Assembly: GCA_963847185.1 (NCBI GenBank)
Contig: CAWJYV010000008.1
Coordinates: 736,001-800,000, forward strand
Direction: 5' to 3'
Length of the DNA: 64,000 bases
Source of the DNA: an uncultured Methanosarcinaceae archaeon
GTDB lineage: Archaea; Halobacteriota; Methanosarcinia; Methanosarcinales; Methanosarcinaceae
Shown here: positions 10,275 through 19,609 of the stretch, piece after piece
How positions within the stretch are numbered: the first letter of the stretch is position 1
How the letters are laid out: each line of letters starts with the position of its first letter
Notes under the pieces: generated by a model
What the model was told of the DNA's origin: nothing
Database searches by the model: none
What the model saw: the letters and a program-made list of their open reading frames with translations, nothing else
Made by a program: the position numbers and the translations under genes

Positions 10275-10415
10275 ACGAAACTACTAAAAATATGCCCAAA
10301 ATGTCACGCAAAAATGATGCTGAGTTCAGACGGAAAAAGAGAGATCTGTAACGTTTGCAGGTACTGGACAAAAGTAGGTACGGCAAGGCTTGATTCGATC
10401 ATGATTTATGAATGA
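10275..10415 (+). CDS. Unannotated Zn-ribbon microprotein 1 (~46 aa), with no canonical start codon
   Basis: Manual translation (T)KLLKICPKCHAKMMLSSDGKREICNVCRYWTKVGTARLDSIMIYE*, with CPxC and CxxC. RBS-like AGGGGGA at 10262-10268; in-frame stop at 10224. Confidence 0.6.
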   Translation, partial: TKLLKICPKCHAKMMLSSDGKREICNVCRYWTKVGTARLDSIMIYE

Positions 10416-10445
10416 GGATCTTGAGTGGAGAGTGACAGTTTTTAT

Positions 10446-10601
10446 ATGTTTTGCACTGTATGTAAAACTATCTTGAAACGCCAGATTCTGGGCTCCAATG
10501 TCTTCTACTATTGCCGAAACTGTGGATGCGTGAGCTCGGAAGCATATCTGTCAAAAGAAGTAAACACGTTCGATATTCAGGAATCAGCATCTGCCAATTA
10601 G
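10446..10601 (+). CDS. Unannotated Zn-ribbon microprotein 2 (51 aa)
   Basis: MFCTVCKTILKRQILGSNVFYYCRNCGCVSSEAYLSKEVNTFDIQESASAN*, with CxxC..CxxCG; GGAGAGTGA upstream. Confidence 0.7.
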   Translation: MFCTVCKTILKRQILGSNVFYYCRNCGCVSSEAYLSKEVNTFDIQESASAN

Positions 10602-10801
10602 GTATCTGCTGTTTCTTAACTACGCTTGCTGAAGATGCTAAACTTTTGTGACAGAGACTCGATATGGTAAAAGTATTTTTGAGATTAGATTCGAAAAAAA
10701 GAGATTTTTTAAAAGAATCCCATGAGACTCTTGTTTTCTTTTTTTAATTTTAAGTCTCAGAGATTCTTTCTATTTTTTGTCCTGTTATTGAAACTCTTTT
10801 T

Positions 10802-11851
10802 TCAATTTCCGGCTTTGAGCAATTTACAGACATTTTCTACTTCTGTCCTGAACTCTTCCTGAGTAACTCCATAAAGGCCTGCAAGATACATGGCACCTCC
10901 TGCACCTGCACCTTCCTTAATCGTCCCTGTCTCGTACCTGTGTAGCCCTTTGAGAGCGGATTTTCCAAATCCAGGATCAGCAACGTAGACCACTGGAACT
11001 TCCAGGGTTCTGGTAAGTTCGATAAAGTTTGCAGATTTATCCTCCACCACATAACGGGTAGTTGCTATTGCAAGCTTTTCTGTATTGAATCCCAGATGTT
11101 TGATCACGGCATAGACTGCTGCCATCTGAGTCCCGCCTGCAAGCACAATGCTTGTTTCCGTACCCTGAAAACCTGCAACAAGACCTACAACAGCAGGCAT
11201 CATGGGGTCCCCCATGCAGGCAATAGCTTTCATGGGGTCGTCTTTCAGGCATCCAAAGGTCAGGCCTGAAGCTTTCATGCCTTCTTCAACAACCTTTTTC
11301 TTAAGCTCAAGAGGGTTTTCATCCGCGCTACTGCTGACATTACCATTGTATCCCAGTGCCATTAAAACCCCCATTGCCGTTGTTGTACCTCCGGGGATGC
11401 TTTCTCCGATGACTACATGGTCTGCCTGGTTTCGGAGCCTTTTTGCCAGGAGTTTTGCTCTCTCATAAATGCCCTGTACGTCCTGCACTGCAACAGGCTC
11501 CCTTATATCTTCTCCCGGCTTTGCTTTTATGTCAATACAGGGAACTTCTGGAGTTACAATAAGACCGGAGTTTATGAAATGGTAGGGGACATCCGTAAGC
11601 TTCAAGGCTGAACGGGTCATGATTGCAGGAGTTGGAGTGTCATAAGGGGGAGTCATGGGAAGCACTGGTACACTGATAATTCCTCCTGTGTCCATAAGCT
11701 CCGCATCCCCTGCAGGTGTATAGTCCGTAAGTTCAGCTGTTTTCCCTGCAGCTGAAAGCTTCGGAATATGTGCAGTTTTAGTATTGGAAAGCACGCATAG
11801 AAACATTGGTTTTTCAGGTTTTCTGGTTACTTTCGGTTCAATCCAGGCCAT
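10802..11851 (-). CDS. cobT: Archaeal CobT-like nicotinate-nucleotide:base phosphoribosyltransferase (TIGR00303-type)
   Basis: [18 protein letters not shown] and KEGAGAGG motifs. Confidence 0.85.
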   Translation of the reverse strand: MAWIEPKVTRKPEKPMFLCVLSNTKTAHIPKLSAAGKTAELTDYTPAGDAELMDTGGIISVPVLPMTPPYDTPTPAIMTRSALKLTDVPYHFINSGLIVTPEVPCIDIKAKPGEDIREPVAVQDVQGIYERAKLLAKRLRNQADHVVIGESIPGGTTTAMGVLMALGYNGNVSSSADENPLELKKKVVEEGMKASGLTFGCLKDDPMKAIACMGDPMMPAVVGLVAGFQGTETSIVLAGGTQMAAVYAVIKHLGFNTEKLAIATTRYVVEDKSANFIELTRTLEVPVVYVADPGFGKSALKGLHRYETGTIKEGAGAGGAMYLAGLYGVTQEEFRTEVENVCKLLKAGN

Positions 11852-12461
11852 TTCATATCTCCTCTACGGAATAAGATGAAGATTAAAACAAATACTTTGA
11901 CAAACATTAAAGCAAATATTAAAGTGAGCATTAAGTAAAGGTTAATTCCAAGAATACTTGTTTCGGGATTTTTTATGGGCAATTGAATCTTTTACAGCTG
12001 TTCGTAGTGAAATTACAAATGTAACTTCCCCGAAATCCAATGAGAATTCTTCAACTTACTATTTAACATTTATCCATATACAAATATATTTTACTTTTCT
12101 TCAACTTAAGTTTTCTTTATTTCATCTAAGTTTCGGAGGCAGATGCTTATCTTGTGCCTAACTTTTGATAAAGATCAATTGATTCACTCTACGGTCGCAA
12201 TTCATATTCTGATAATTTTGATTCTCATAGCTGCCAGGTACGAGGTAATCAGACTTCAAAGTTATACTTGCAGAAAAAATAGAGTTAAAGAGAATCGCGT
12301 GAAATTGAGTCCTTTGCCGTCAGATTCTCAATTTCTACGCTTTTCATTTTATTAATTTTGAAGTTATTATGCAGAGCCAGGATAAGTCACAATTCGGGAT
12401 AGATCTGGACACTGGCTTTCCGGACTCCGAATTAAAAAAACTTTTATCGTTTTTTTCACAC

Positions 12462-13904
12462 TTAATATGTTCTTGCCACATACACGCGGGTTTTGGTTTC
12501 TCCCCCGCAGACAGGGCATTTTTCTTTCTGATCCGTTCTCTGCTCTAAAGGTATACCAAGGATTCCTGCACCTATTATATCTTCCATGGCAAGCCCGCAC
12601 TCTTTCTTGCCACACCATGGAATTGTTGCAACACCTTTCTGTATTTTTTCCTTTACCTCTTCAAGCTCCATGCAATCAAATATATGGTTTTCAACTTCTG
12701 CCTTTGCCTTTTCGTAAAGGCTTTCGTGAATTTCCTCAAACTTTGAACTTACACGGATATCGATATCAGAAAGTGGAATCTGCTCTTTTTCTCCCGTGTC
12801 TCGCCTAACGGCCACGGCAACTTTATTTTCCAGATCTCTTGGACCTATTTCAAGCCTCAGGGGTACGCCTTTCATTTCCCATTTATAGTACTTGGCTCCT
12901 GGGCGAAGATCACTTGCATCAATTTCAACTCTCATACCGGCTTTCTTCAGACGTTCCTGAACATCTTTACAGGCTGAAAGCACCTCTTCGGCTCCTTTTT
13001 TGAATATTATCGGGATAATTACAACCTGCACAGGAGCAATCTCAGGAGGCAAAACCAGCCCTTTGTCATCTCCGTGGATAGATATTGTAGCTGCAATAGA
13101 TCTTTCTGATATTCCGTAGCATGTCTGGTGCGCATAGCGCTGTTCTCCATCAGGGGCTTCGTACTTAATATCAAACGTCTTTGCAAAATTATCCCCCAGG
13201 TGATGGACAGTGCCTATCTGAAGAGTCTTTCCATCGGGCATAACGGCATCAATTGCATCTGTATAGTCTGCACCCGGGAATTTGTCCCAGTCAGGTCTTC
13301 TTGAACGGAGTACAGGTACTCCCAGTCTGCGGTAGATTTCGGTATATAACTTAACAGCTTCTTTAACCTGGGCTTCCGCATCTTCCCATGTAGCGTGCAC
13401 TGTATGGGCTTCCTTAAAGGAAGTAATCTCCCTGAGCCTTATTAGAGGACGGGTGTGTTTTGTTTCGTAGCGGAAAGTATTCACTATCTGATAGAGTTTA
13501 ATAGGGAAATCTGCGTGGGATCTTACCCACATTTTGTACATAGGGTAAATGGCAGTCTCACTGGTAGGGCGGAGGGCAAGAGGGATGTCAAGAGGGTCTT
13601 TTCCTCCGTGAGTTACCCAGTAAACTTCATTCTCAAAGCCTTTAATATGCTCGGCTTCTTTCATGAATTCGTTTTCAGGAATAAGCAGAGGGAAGAGAGT
13701 TTCCTGATGTCCGCTATTATCAAGGATTTCCCTTATGATGTTATAGGTATTTCTCCGGATTGCAAAGCCGAAGGGGTACCAGACATAAAGTCCTTTTACA
13801 GGATAGCGGACATCCATTATTTCGGCCATCCACAGGAGATTATTATACCATTCGCTGAATTCATCTTTTGGAGGAAGTGCTGCTTCCTTTTCGCTTTCTG
13901 CCAT
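12462..13904 (-). CDS. proS: Proline--tRNA ligase (archaeal/eukaryotic type)
   Basis: [28 protein letters not shown] motifs and the C-terminal ARTY. Confidence 0.97.
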   Translation of the reverse strand: MAESEKEAALPPKDEFSEWYNNLLWMAEIMDVRYPVKGLYVWYPFGFAIRRNTYNIIREILDNSGHQETLFPLLIPENEFMKEAEHIKGFENEVYWVTHGGKDPLDIPLALRPTSETAIYPMYKMWVRSHADFPIKLYQIVNTFRYETKHTRPLIRLREITSFKEAHTVHATWEDAEAQVKEAVKLYTEIYRRLGVPVLRSRRPDWDKFPGADYTDAIDAVMPDGKTLQIGTVHHLGDNFAKTFDIKYEAPDGEQRYAHQTCYGISERSIAATISIHGDDKGLVLPPEIAPVQVVIIPIIFKKGAEEVLSACKDVQERLKKAGMRVEIDASDLRPGAKYYKWEMKGVPLRLEIGPRDLENKVAVAVRRDTGEKEQIPLSDIDIRVSSKFEEIHESLYEKAKAEVENHIFDCMELEEVKEKIQKGVATIPWCGKKECGLAMEDIIGAGILGIPLEQRTDQKEKCPVCGGETKTRVYVARTY

Positions 13905-14140
13905 ACCGTCACCTTATTATCGCAATCTGAATTAATGTTTAAATTCGGTCAAATTCTATGAAATTCGCGTGAATTCCAGCATCACGCCTTAGTATCAGTC
14001 TTGATGTTTTTGAAAAATTAAAAATGCTTTTAGATTGGTTTTAGGGCTAATATTTGCCTTTATTGGAATAGAAGTTAATAACCATATGGGAGCTACATTC
14101 CCAAAACTTCACTTATATTTTGAAAAATAGGGAAAAAGAA

Positions 14141-14785
14141 TTAATCTCCTCCAAGGGGCTGAACATTGTCCGAAACGTCGTGTGCAAGTTCGGATTTATC
14201 AATATCGAAAACGATCATACCGGTATTCAGCTTTTCAGCCTCTTCTTTTGAGAGTTTGGTAACAATGGCTTTCTTCGAAATGATTGCACTGTTTCCCAGA
14301 GGATCCTCGATGATGACCGTAATTTTTTCCTTACCTGCGATAACCTCTTCGAGCATATGCAGGAGTTCCTGGCTTCGGGAGAATTTCTCCTCATCTTCCT
14401 GTACCCACCTGCTTGCGGTCATAAGTACACTCTGCACCCGCTGCAGTATGCCTTCGATGTTCGTGATATAAGATTCCGATACCGTGCCAGGTTCGATAAC
14501 AATTCCCATTTCAGGGATGCGAATTGTTCCTGAGGTTGAGCGGATGACCCTTGCGTCCAGGTCTTCCGGGGTCTCAACTGACATTTCATAACGCATAGGT
14601 TCCTTACTGGCGAGGATCATAGTGTCTGCAAAACGGAAACTGCACTGGCACTTTGCACTGATGTACATAACTTCCCCGAAATAGGGGATATCATCCCTTT
14701 GCCAGTTCATCACCAGATCATTGTGACATAGCGGACAGGAGATCCTTGTCTCAAAACTTTCCTGTTTAAAATATTTATGATTCAA
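14141..14785 (-). CDS. ZPR1 zinc-finger domain protein
   Basis: CPLC..DIPYFGE..CQC, IPEMGIVIEPG, TNIEG and EDPLGNS motifs. Confidence 0.9.
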   Translation of the reverse strand: MNHKYFKQESFETRISCPLCHNDLVMNWQRDDIPYFGEVMYISAKCQCSFRFADTMILASKEPMRYEMSVETPEDLDARVIRSTSGTIRIPEMGIVIEPGTVSESYITNIEGILQRVQSVLMTASRWVQEDEEKFSRSQELLHMLEEVIAGKEKITVIIEDPLGNSAIISKKAIVTKLSKEEAEKLNTGMIVFDIDKSELAHDVSDNVQPLGGD

Positions 14786-15162
14786 TATTTTCCACCAAAG
14801 ATTTTGGATCTGTCAATTTTTATACCTGTGGGAGTTACAATCACGGTATTTCCTTTAACACCTGCGATATCTCCGTGGACATCGATAACAACATCTTTCA
14901 GCTCTTTTAAAACCCTATCCCTCAGCAGGTCGTCGCTCCTGATGTTTGAGATATCTATCATCAAGATATTTCCGTTGTAGATTTCCTGCTTCAGCTGGGA
15001 TACCTGGTTGATACTTGAGACTTCTGCAATCTTAAAGTAGGTTTCTGCAGGCTCGTCCTCGAGAACCTCTTCATATTTGCTGAGGTCAATTTCAGTGTAG
15101 TCGTCGGCACTGGTTGTATTTTTCACATTGCCGCCAAGGATTTTGTCAATGAGTTTTGCCAT
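14782..15162 (-). CDS. sepF: Cell division protein SepF
   Basis: IYNGNILMIDI..GDIAG..VIVTPTGIKIDR motif; 4-bp overlap with the zpr1 gene. Confidence 0.85.
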   Translation of the reverse strand: MAKLIDKILGGNVKNTTSADDYTEIDLSKYEEVLEDEPAETYFKIAEVSSINQVSQLKQEIYNGNILMIDISNIRSDDLLRDRVLKELKDVVIDVHGDIAGVKGNTVIVTPTGIKIDRSKIFGGKY

Positions 15163-15337
15163 CTATGCACGCCTTTTCTATTTTTTTAAATTTGGATAGT
15201 ACTGTGCTATATTGAAATCTATATTAATTAATTTTGCTATTATAAAGCTGATCTTGATTTTCCTTCTGATTTTCAAAGAATTTTGTTCCCAATCAGCAGG
15301 TTTCGTTTATTCAATTATCTGTATTTTAAGAGTATTT

Positions 15338-15823
15338 TCAGAGCTCCATATTCCAGAGCTTATCTCCTACATATGTTATCGACTTTATGGCTTTCCCTGA
15401 ATCGGCTTCAACCATCTGTGGCCCCTCCATAAGGGCTCTTCCTATTGCAAGAGGTTTTTTATGGGTCTCTTCTACAATAATTACGAGATCTCCCTCTTTT
15501 ATTTCAGGGTCAGCCCCCACAACTCCCGGAGCCATGATATCCGCTCCATTTGAAACGAAACGAATAGCTCCCTTATCCACAGTTACAAGGCGTTTTTGAA
15601 GTTTCATCTCAAGAGCTCCGCGGACTGTAGGAAAAAGATGTCCTTCTATTTCGAAAAGTAGAGGTTTGCCATCTACAAGGATAAGAGAGTACTCATCAAG
15701 GGTAACTTTTTCCATGACCTTATTTTCCAGCTCTGCCATTGCTTCTCCGAAAGTGGAGACAAGGTCTTTTAACATTTTATTCTTCGCATTTTTCCTCAGC
15801 TGAACTCTTGACTTTACTTTCAA
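15338..15823 (-). CDS. PUA-domain RNA-binding protein (Tma20/MCT-1-like)
   Basis: VTVDKGAIRFVSNGADIMAPGV and C-terminal VGDKLW. Confidence 0.9.
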   Translation of the reverse strand: MKVKSRVQLRKNAKNKMLKDLVSTFGEAMAELENKVMEKVTLDEYSLILVDGKPLLFEIEGHLFPTVRGALEMKLQKRLVTVDKGAIRFVSNGADIMAPGVVGADPEIKEGDLVIIVEETHKKPLAIGRALMEGPQMVEADSGKAIKSITYVGDKLWNMEL

Positions 15824-15933
15824 TTAATCACCTGGTTTTGGCATATTGAGTATTACTGTAGCATAGGGTTTTTGTGCCTTTTAAAGCTTATGTGATACTT
15901 TAACTATTTCCTAAATATGGTTCTGTGTCTTTT

Positions 15934-17088
15934 TTACTCAAGTTTTACAAAGAACATTGTAAGAAGCGCAATGGCACCTCCAAAAAACACGGTCTTATAG
16001 CCGAAGGGTTCCAGAAAGAGGCTTCCTAAAACCGGGCCTAATCCGAGACCTGCATAAATTGCGGTATTGAATAGTCCCATTGCAAATCCACTGGAGCTAA
16101 TTTTTGCCGTAGCTGTGATCAGCCCTATGACTGCAATTCCTCCGCCTGCTCCGATAAGAGAGAAAGCTACTATCGGCGTTTTTACTGAAAGCAGAATACC
16201 TGTGCCCGCAAGAATTACCCCGGCCTTAACTATGCTTTTATAATCCATGTTCATCCTGCCTGCGATCAGAGAACTCAGCATTGCAGTCAGGTACGAAGCC
16301 GAGATTGCCAGTCCAAGTTCCGGTTTTGTCAGAAAGCCAGCACTGTAATCCGGATAATTTGCAGTCACCAGGCCTGTGGTTCCATAGAGAAGGACTGAAA
16401 TTCCCCAGATCTTTCCGAAACTGCTTTTTAATAAGGTTTCCCAGGCTTTTTTCAGGTAGCTTTCAAGTTCGAAAAGCAAAGAGGGATCTTTCCGATTTCC
16501 TTCTGGATAATTGCCGGTTTGAAAAGCGAATACTTTCTTTTTTCTGTTCGAAGACAGCATTTCTCCTGTTTCTGACAGGAGGAATATAAAAGAAATGCCT
16601 GTTAAAAGCGTGAAAAGGCCTATTGCGGTCTTAATCTCTATCTCTGCAAGTATTCCAGAGAGGAAAACTCCTGCAGCCAGTCCGGCATTCAGCAGAAAAT
16701 TAAATTCTCCAAGGCTTCGTTGACTATCCTTCCATTCAGCAAGCATGGAAAAAGCAGCAGGAAAAAAAGCCCCACATCCAATGCCTTCCATAAACCTGGC
16801 AATTCCAAGGACCCACAGGTTGCCAGAAAAGGAAATAACAAGGCCCGAAAGCAGAGTAAGAAGCACACCAAATCCTATCACTTTCAGGTTTCCGATCCTG
16901 TCTGCCAGGATTCCAAAAGGCAGAAGGGCTAGCAGGGCTCCCATAAAATATCCTGAATATAGAAGATTTGAGGCTACGGAATCGCCGCTATTTGCCCCTG
17001 CAAGCTCCGGAAGGATGGGGATTACTGCATTGGAGAGTCCCTGGATAGCAAAAACTGAAGAATATAGTATGAGTTTTTTGAAGTTCAT
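15934..17088 (-). CDS. MFS transporter
   Basis: About 12 hydrophobic segments and motif A (GILADRIG). Confidence 0.85.
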   Translation of the reverse strand: MNFKKLILYSSVFAIQGLSNAVIPILPELAGANSGDSVASNLLYSGYFMGALLALLPFGILADRIGNLKVIGFGVLLTLLSGLVISFSGNLWVLGIARFMEGIGCGAFFPAAFSMLAEWKDSQRSLGEFNFLLNAGLAAGVFLSGILAEIEIKTAIGLFTLLTGISFIFLLSETGEMLSSNRKKKVFAFQTGNYPEGNRKDPSLLFELESYLKKAWETLLKSSFGKIWGISVLLYGTTGLVTANYPDYSAGFLTKPELGLAISASYLTAMLSSLIAGRMNMDYKSIVKAGVILAGTGILLSVKTPIVAFSLIGAGGGIAVIGLITATAKISSSGFAMGLFNTAIYAGLGLGPVLGSLFLEPFGYKTVFFGGAIALLTMFFVKLE

Positions 17089-17331
17089 GGGCTTTCAGAT
17101 TCTTACATTTTCAGCCTATACTGATTTTTCGCAATCAAACCTTTATCTCAGTGGTTTTCAGGATCTTTCTCTTCTTCTCTTCTACTCTTCTCACTATTCT
17201 TTTTATTACTATTACTTCTTATTTTCCTCTTACTATTTCTCTCTATTTTTTCGTTTTCCCGTTTTCACTTATTGTTTTTCTGAAAGCTATCTTTACTCTT
17301 TTTGTGCTGTTTTTACTCTTTTAAAACTGTT

Positions 17332-18456
17332 TTACTCTTTTAGTATAAGAACTCCTGCAAGAATGCAGCCATTTACTATGAACATTTTTTCGAAACTTAG
17401 AATGCCTGTAAAAAATCCTGCAATAATTGGGGCAAGAGAGATTCCTGCATAGGTTGTTGTATTGAAAAGGCCCATCACAAGGCCCCTATCTGCGTTCATT
17501 CTGGCAGCAGCCAGAGCAAATCCTACAGCTGCAATACCGGAACCTCCTCCAAGGCATGAGAACCCAAGAAATGGGTATTTTATGGCAAAAAGGGCTCCAA
17601 GGGCTGAGAATATTATTCCTATTTGAATCACTGTTTTTTCCCTGACTTTGAACCGGCCTATGAGGAGAGATGTGATCATGGCACAGACGTAAAGGCTTGC
17701 GATAGAACCTCCGAGCTGGGTTTTTGTAAGGGTACTCAGGCTGTAATCCGGATAATAGGCTATAAGAACTCCTATAGTTCCATTGAGCAGGAAGGAACTG
17801 ATCCAGATTCCCGAATCGTTGCAGTAGAGGAGTTTTTTAATTTCTCTGTAGGATTTTCTAAAGAGATTTCCGGGAGACTCAGGCAATTTATCTAATTTAT
17901 CTTCATCTGGAAAATGAATCAGTTCTCTGTGTCTGGGAATTAGAGATATAGTAAAAATAAAAGCAATAAATGTAAATATGAGGATTGCTCCTTTAAGGTA
18001 GGTATCCGCCATCAAGCCTGAGAAAAGAGCACCTGTTGCCAGACCGGCGTTTATTAAAAAATTGAATTCTCCTATGTAGTACCCCGGATCTCTGTATTTT
18101 GAAAGCGTGGCAAATGCAGCCGGAAAAAAGGCCCCACAAGCAACTCCTTCTATGAATCTTGAAATCAAAAGAATCCAGAGCTTCTCTGAGAGAAGAATAG
18201 TCAGGCCTGAAATTACCGTCAGAACAACACCAAACCCTATGAACCTCAGATTTCCGAACCGATCCGCCAGAATTCCAAAAGGAAGCATTGTAGCCAGAGC
18301 CCCGAGGAAATAGGCGGAAAAGAGTAGACTTGAAGCAAGTCCTCCGGAGGAGCTGCTGTCCAGGTTTGCAAGCTCTGGTAGGATAGGAATGACAGCACTG
18401 GAAAGCCCCATAATTGCAAAACCGGCTCCATAAATTAAAAATCTGTCAGGGTTCAT
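17332..18456 (-). CDS. MFS transporter (tandem paralog)
   Basis: GILADRFG motif; shares AVIPILPELA, CGAFFPAAF and MGLFNT with its neighbour. Start placed at MNPDRF by alignment with the paralog. Confidence 0.85.
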   Translation of the reverse strand: MNPDRFLIYGAGFAIMGLSSAVIPILPELANLDSSSSGGLASSLLFSAYFLGALATMLPFGILADRFGNLRFIGFGVVLTVISGLTILLSEKLWILLISRFIEGVACGAFFPAAFATLSKYRDPGYYIGEFNFLINAGLATGALFSGLMADTYLKGAILIFTFIAFIFTISLIPRHRELIHFPDEDKLDKLPESPGNLFRKSYREIKKLLYCNDSGIWISSFLLNGTIGVLIAYYPDYSLSTLTKTQLGGSIASLYVCAMITSLLIGRFKVREKTVIQIGIIFSALGALFAIKYPFLGFSCLGGGSGIAAVGFALAAARMNADRGLVMGLFNTTTYAGISLAPIIAGFFTGILSFEKMFIVNGCILAGVLILKE

Positions 18457-18717
18457 AGCACTAAGAAATCTTGATCCGGTATATAATTTCTTGTCAAAAG
18501 ACCTTACAAAATCTCTTTTTAAAGTATTCGGCTTCTTGATGCAAATCCTTAAGGATTTTTTAACTATTTGCAATATTTTGGTTCATTGTACAGTTGTCTT
18601 ATAATACATACTTAAAAAATTAAATAAGCATTGACTCTGTTATATCGTTTTGTTATTATAAATTCGTCGAAGAGAATGGATAGCTATTTATATAATTAGT
18701 TTGAATAGGGGTAATGT

Positions 18718-18805
18718 AAGTAATGTGAGCGGGAAATCTTTTTTCACATACCATACCCCCCACTCCCCATATGACCCCCCACTCCCCAACCCGCTCGCAC
18801 TACTT
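18718..18805 (+). ncRNA. Candidate small RNA: 16-bp stem enclosing two C-rich repeats
   Basis: Arms AAGTAATGTGAGCGGG / CCCGCTCGCACTACTT; ACCCCCCACTCCCCA occurs at 18755-18769 and 18774-18788. TATA box TTTATATA at 18687-18694 and T-tracts downstream. Confidence 0.65.
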
Positions 18806-18999
18806 CTACTCATAATTTTGAAGCCTTTTTCAGTTTTAAGCATACCAATTTTTTGTTTCTTTTCTTCTTTCTATTAGGTCGTCTTGAATACATTCTTATA
18901 TTCTCTTATCTTCCTTACTTAATCTAATAATAATATAAGTTTCCTATTTTCAGGGCGGATTTTTCTGAGATGCTTCAGATTCTTATTATTTAATAAGTT

Positions 19000-19390
19000 A
19001 ATTCTGAATCTTCCAATTTCTCATACTCTCCTTGTTCGATTAGTTTTTTACATTATCCCAGGCTCCTCCATCGTTGTCCATCAGGAGGGCAGTCATAAAA
19101 CCTACCTCAACAAGTCCTATCCGGAGTCCTGCAAGGGCTTTCAGACCAAGAAAGATCTCTACAAGGCAAGGGCACAAGTAATTCAAGAAATCCGGCATTG
19201 TCATCTCATTCATTGCAGCTTTTGTGACTATATCAATATCGCGGTCATATTCGGGTTTCACAGTTCCTTCTATGGTTGCGAGGATCTCTCTAAATTGTCT
19301 GCTGATCTTTACGACTTCGAAAGCAGCTTTTCCTACTGCACTCATAGTCACTACAGGAGGCAGAAGTGTTAAGGAAATAATCACATTTCT
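19000..19390 (-). pseudogene. Decayed C-terminal fragment of a canonical membrane pyrophosphatase (hppA)
   Basis: VTMSAVGKAAFEVV..RQFREI..EGTVKPEY..DIVTKAA..MDNDGGAWDNVK matches the canonical M-PPase C-terminus with degenerate substitutions. The N-terminal three-quarters of the gene is missing; boundaries are approximate. Confidence 0.8.
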
Positions 19391-19609
19391 CTACAACAGT
19401 ATCCCATTCAATTGATGGTTATACTATTCCATAGACTCTCACTTAAAAGACAGGAAAGAAAATGCTACAAAAAAGATAGATTATTGAATCAAAATTATTA
19501 TTTGAGAGTCTCAGACTGTGGTCATGAGACTCTTCAGGAGAAAAGGCCTTACAACATTGCTGTTGTGAGGCATGATCTCATATTCTTTTATTATTCTTGC
19601 ACATCTGCA

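Noticed and set aside
11958-12355. Two short + strand ORFs between cobT and proS
   Set aside because: No motifs or RBS; consistent with AT-rich intergenic noise.
16745-17452. 235-aa + strand ORF
   Set aside because: Antisense to the MFS genes and runs through a low-complexity pyrimidine-rich spacer (F/S/Y-rich translation).
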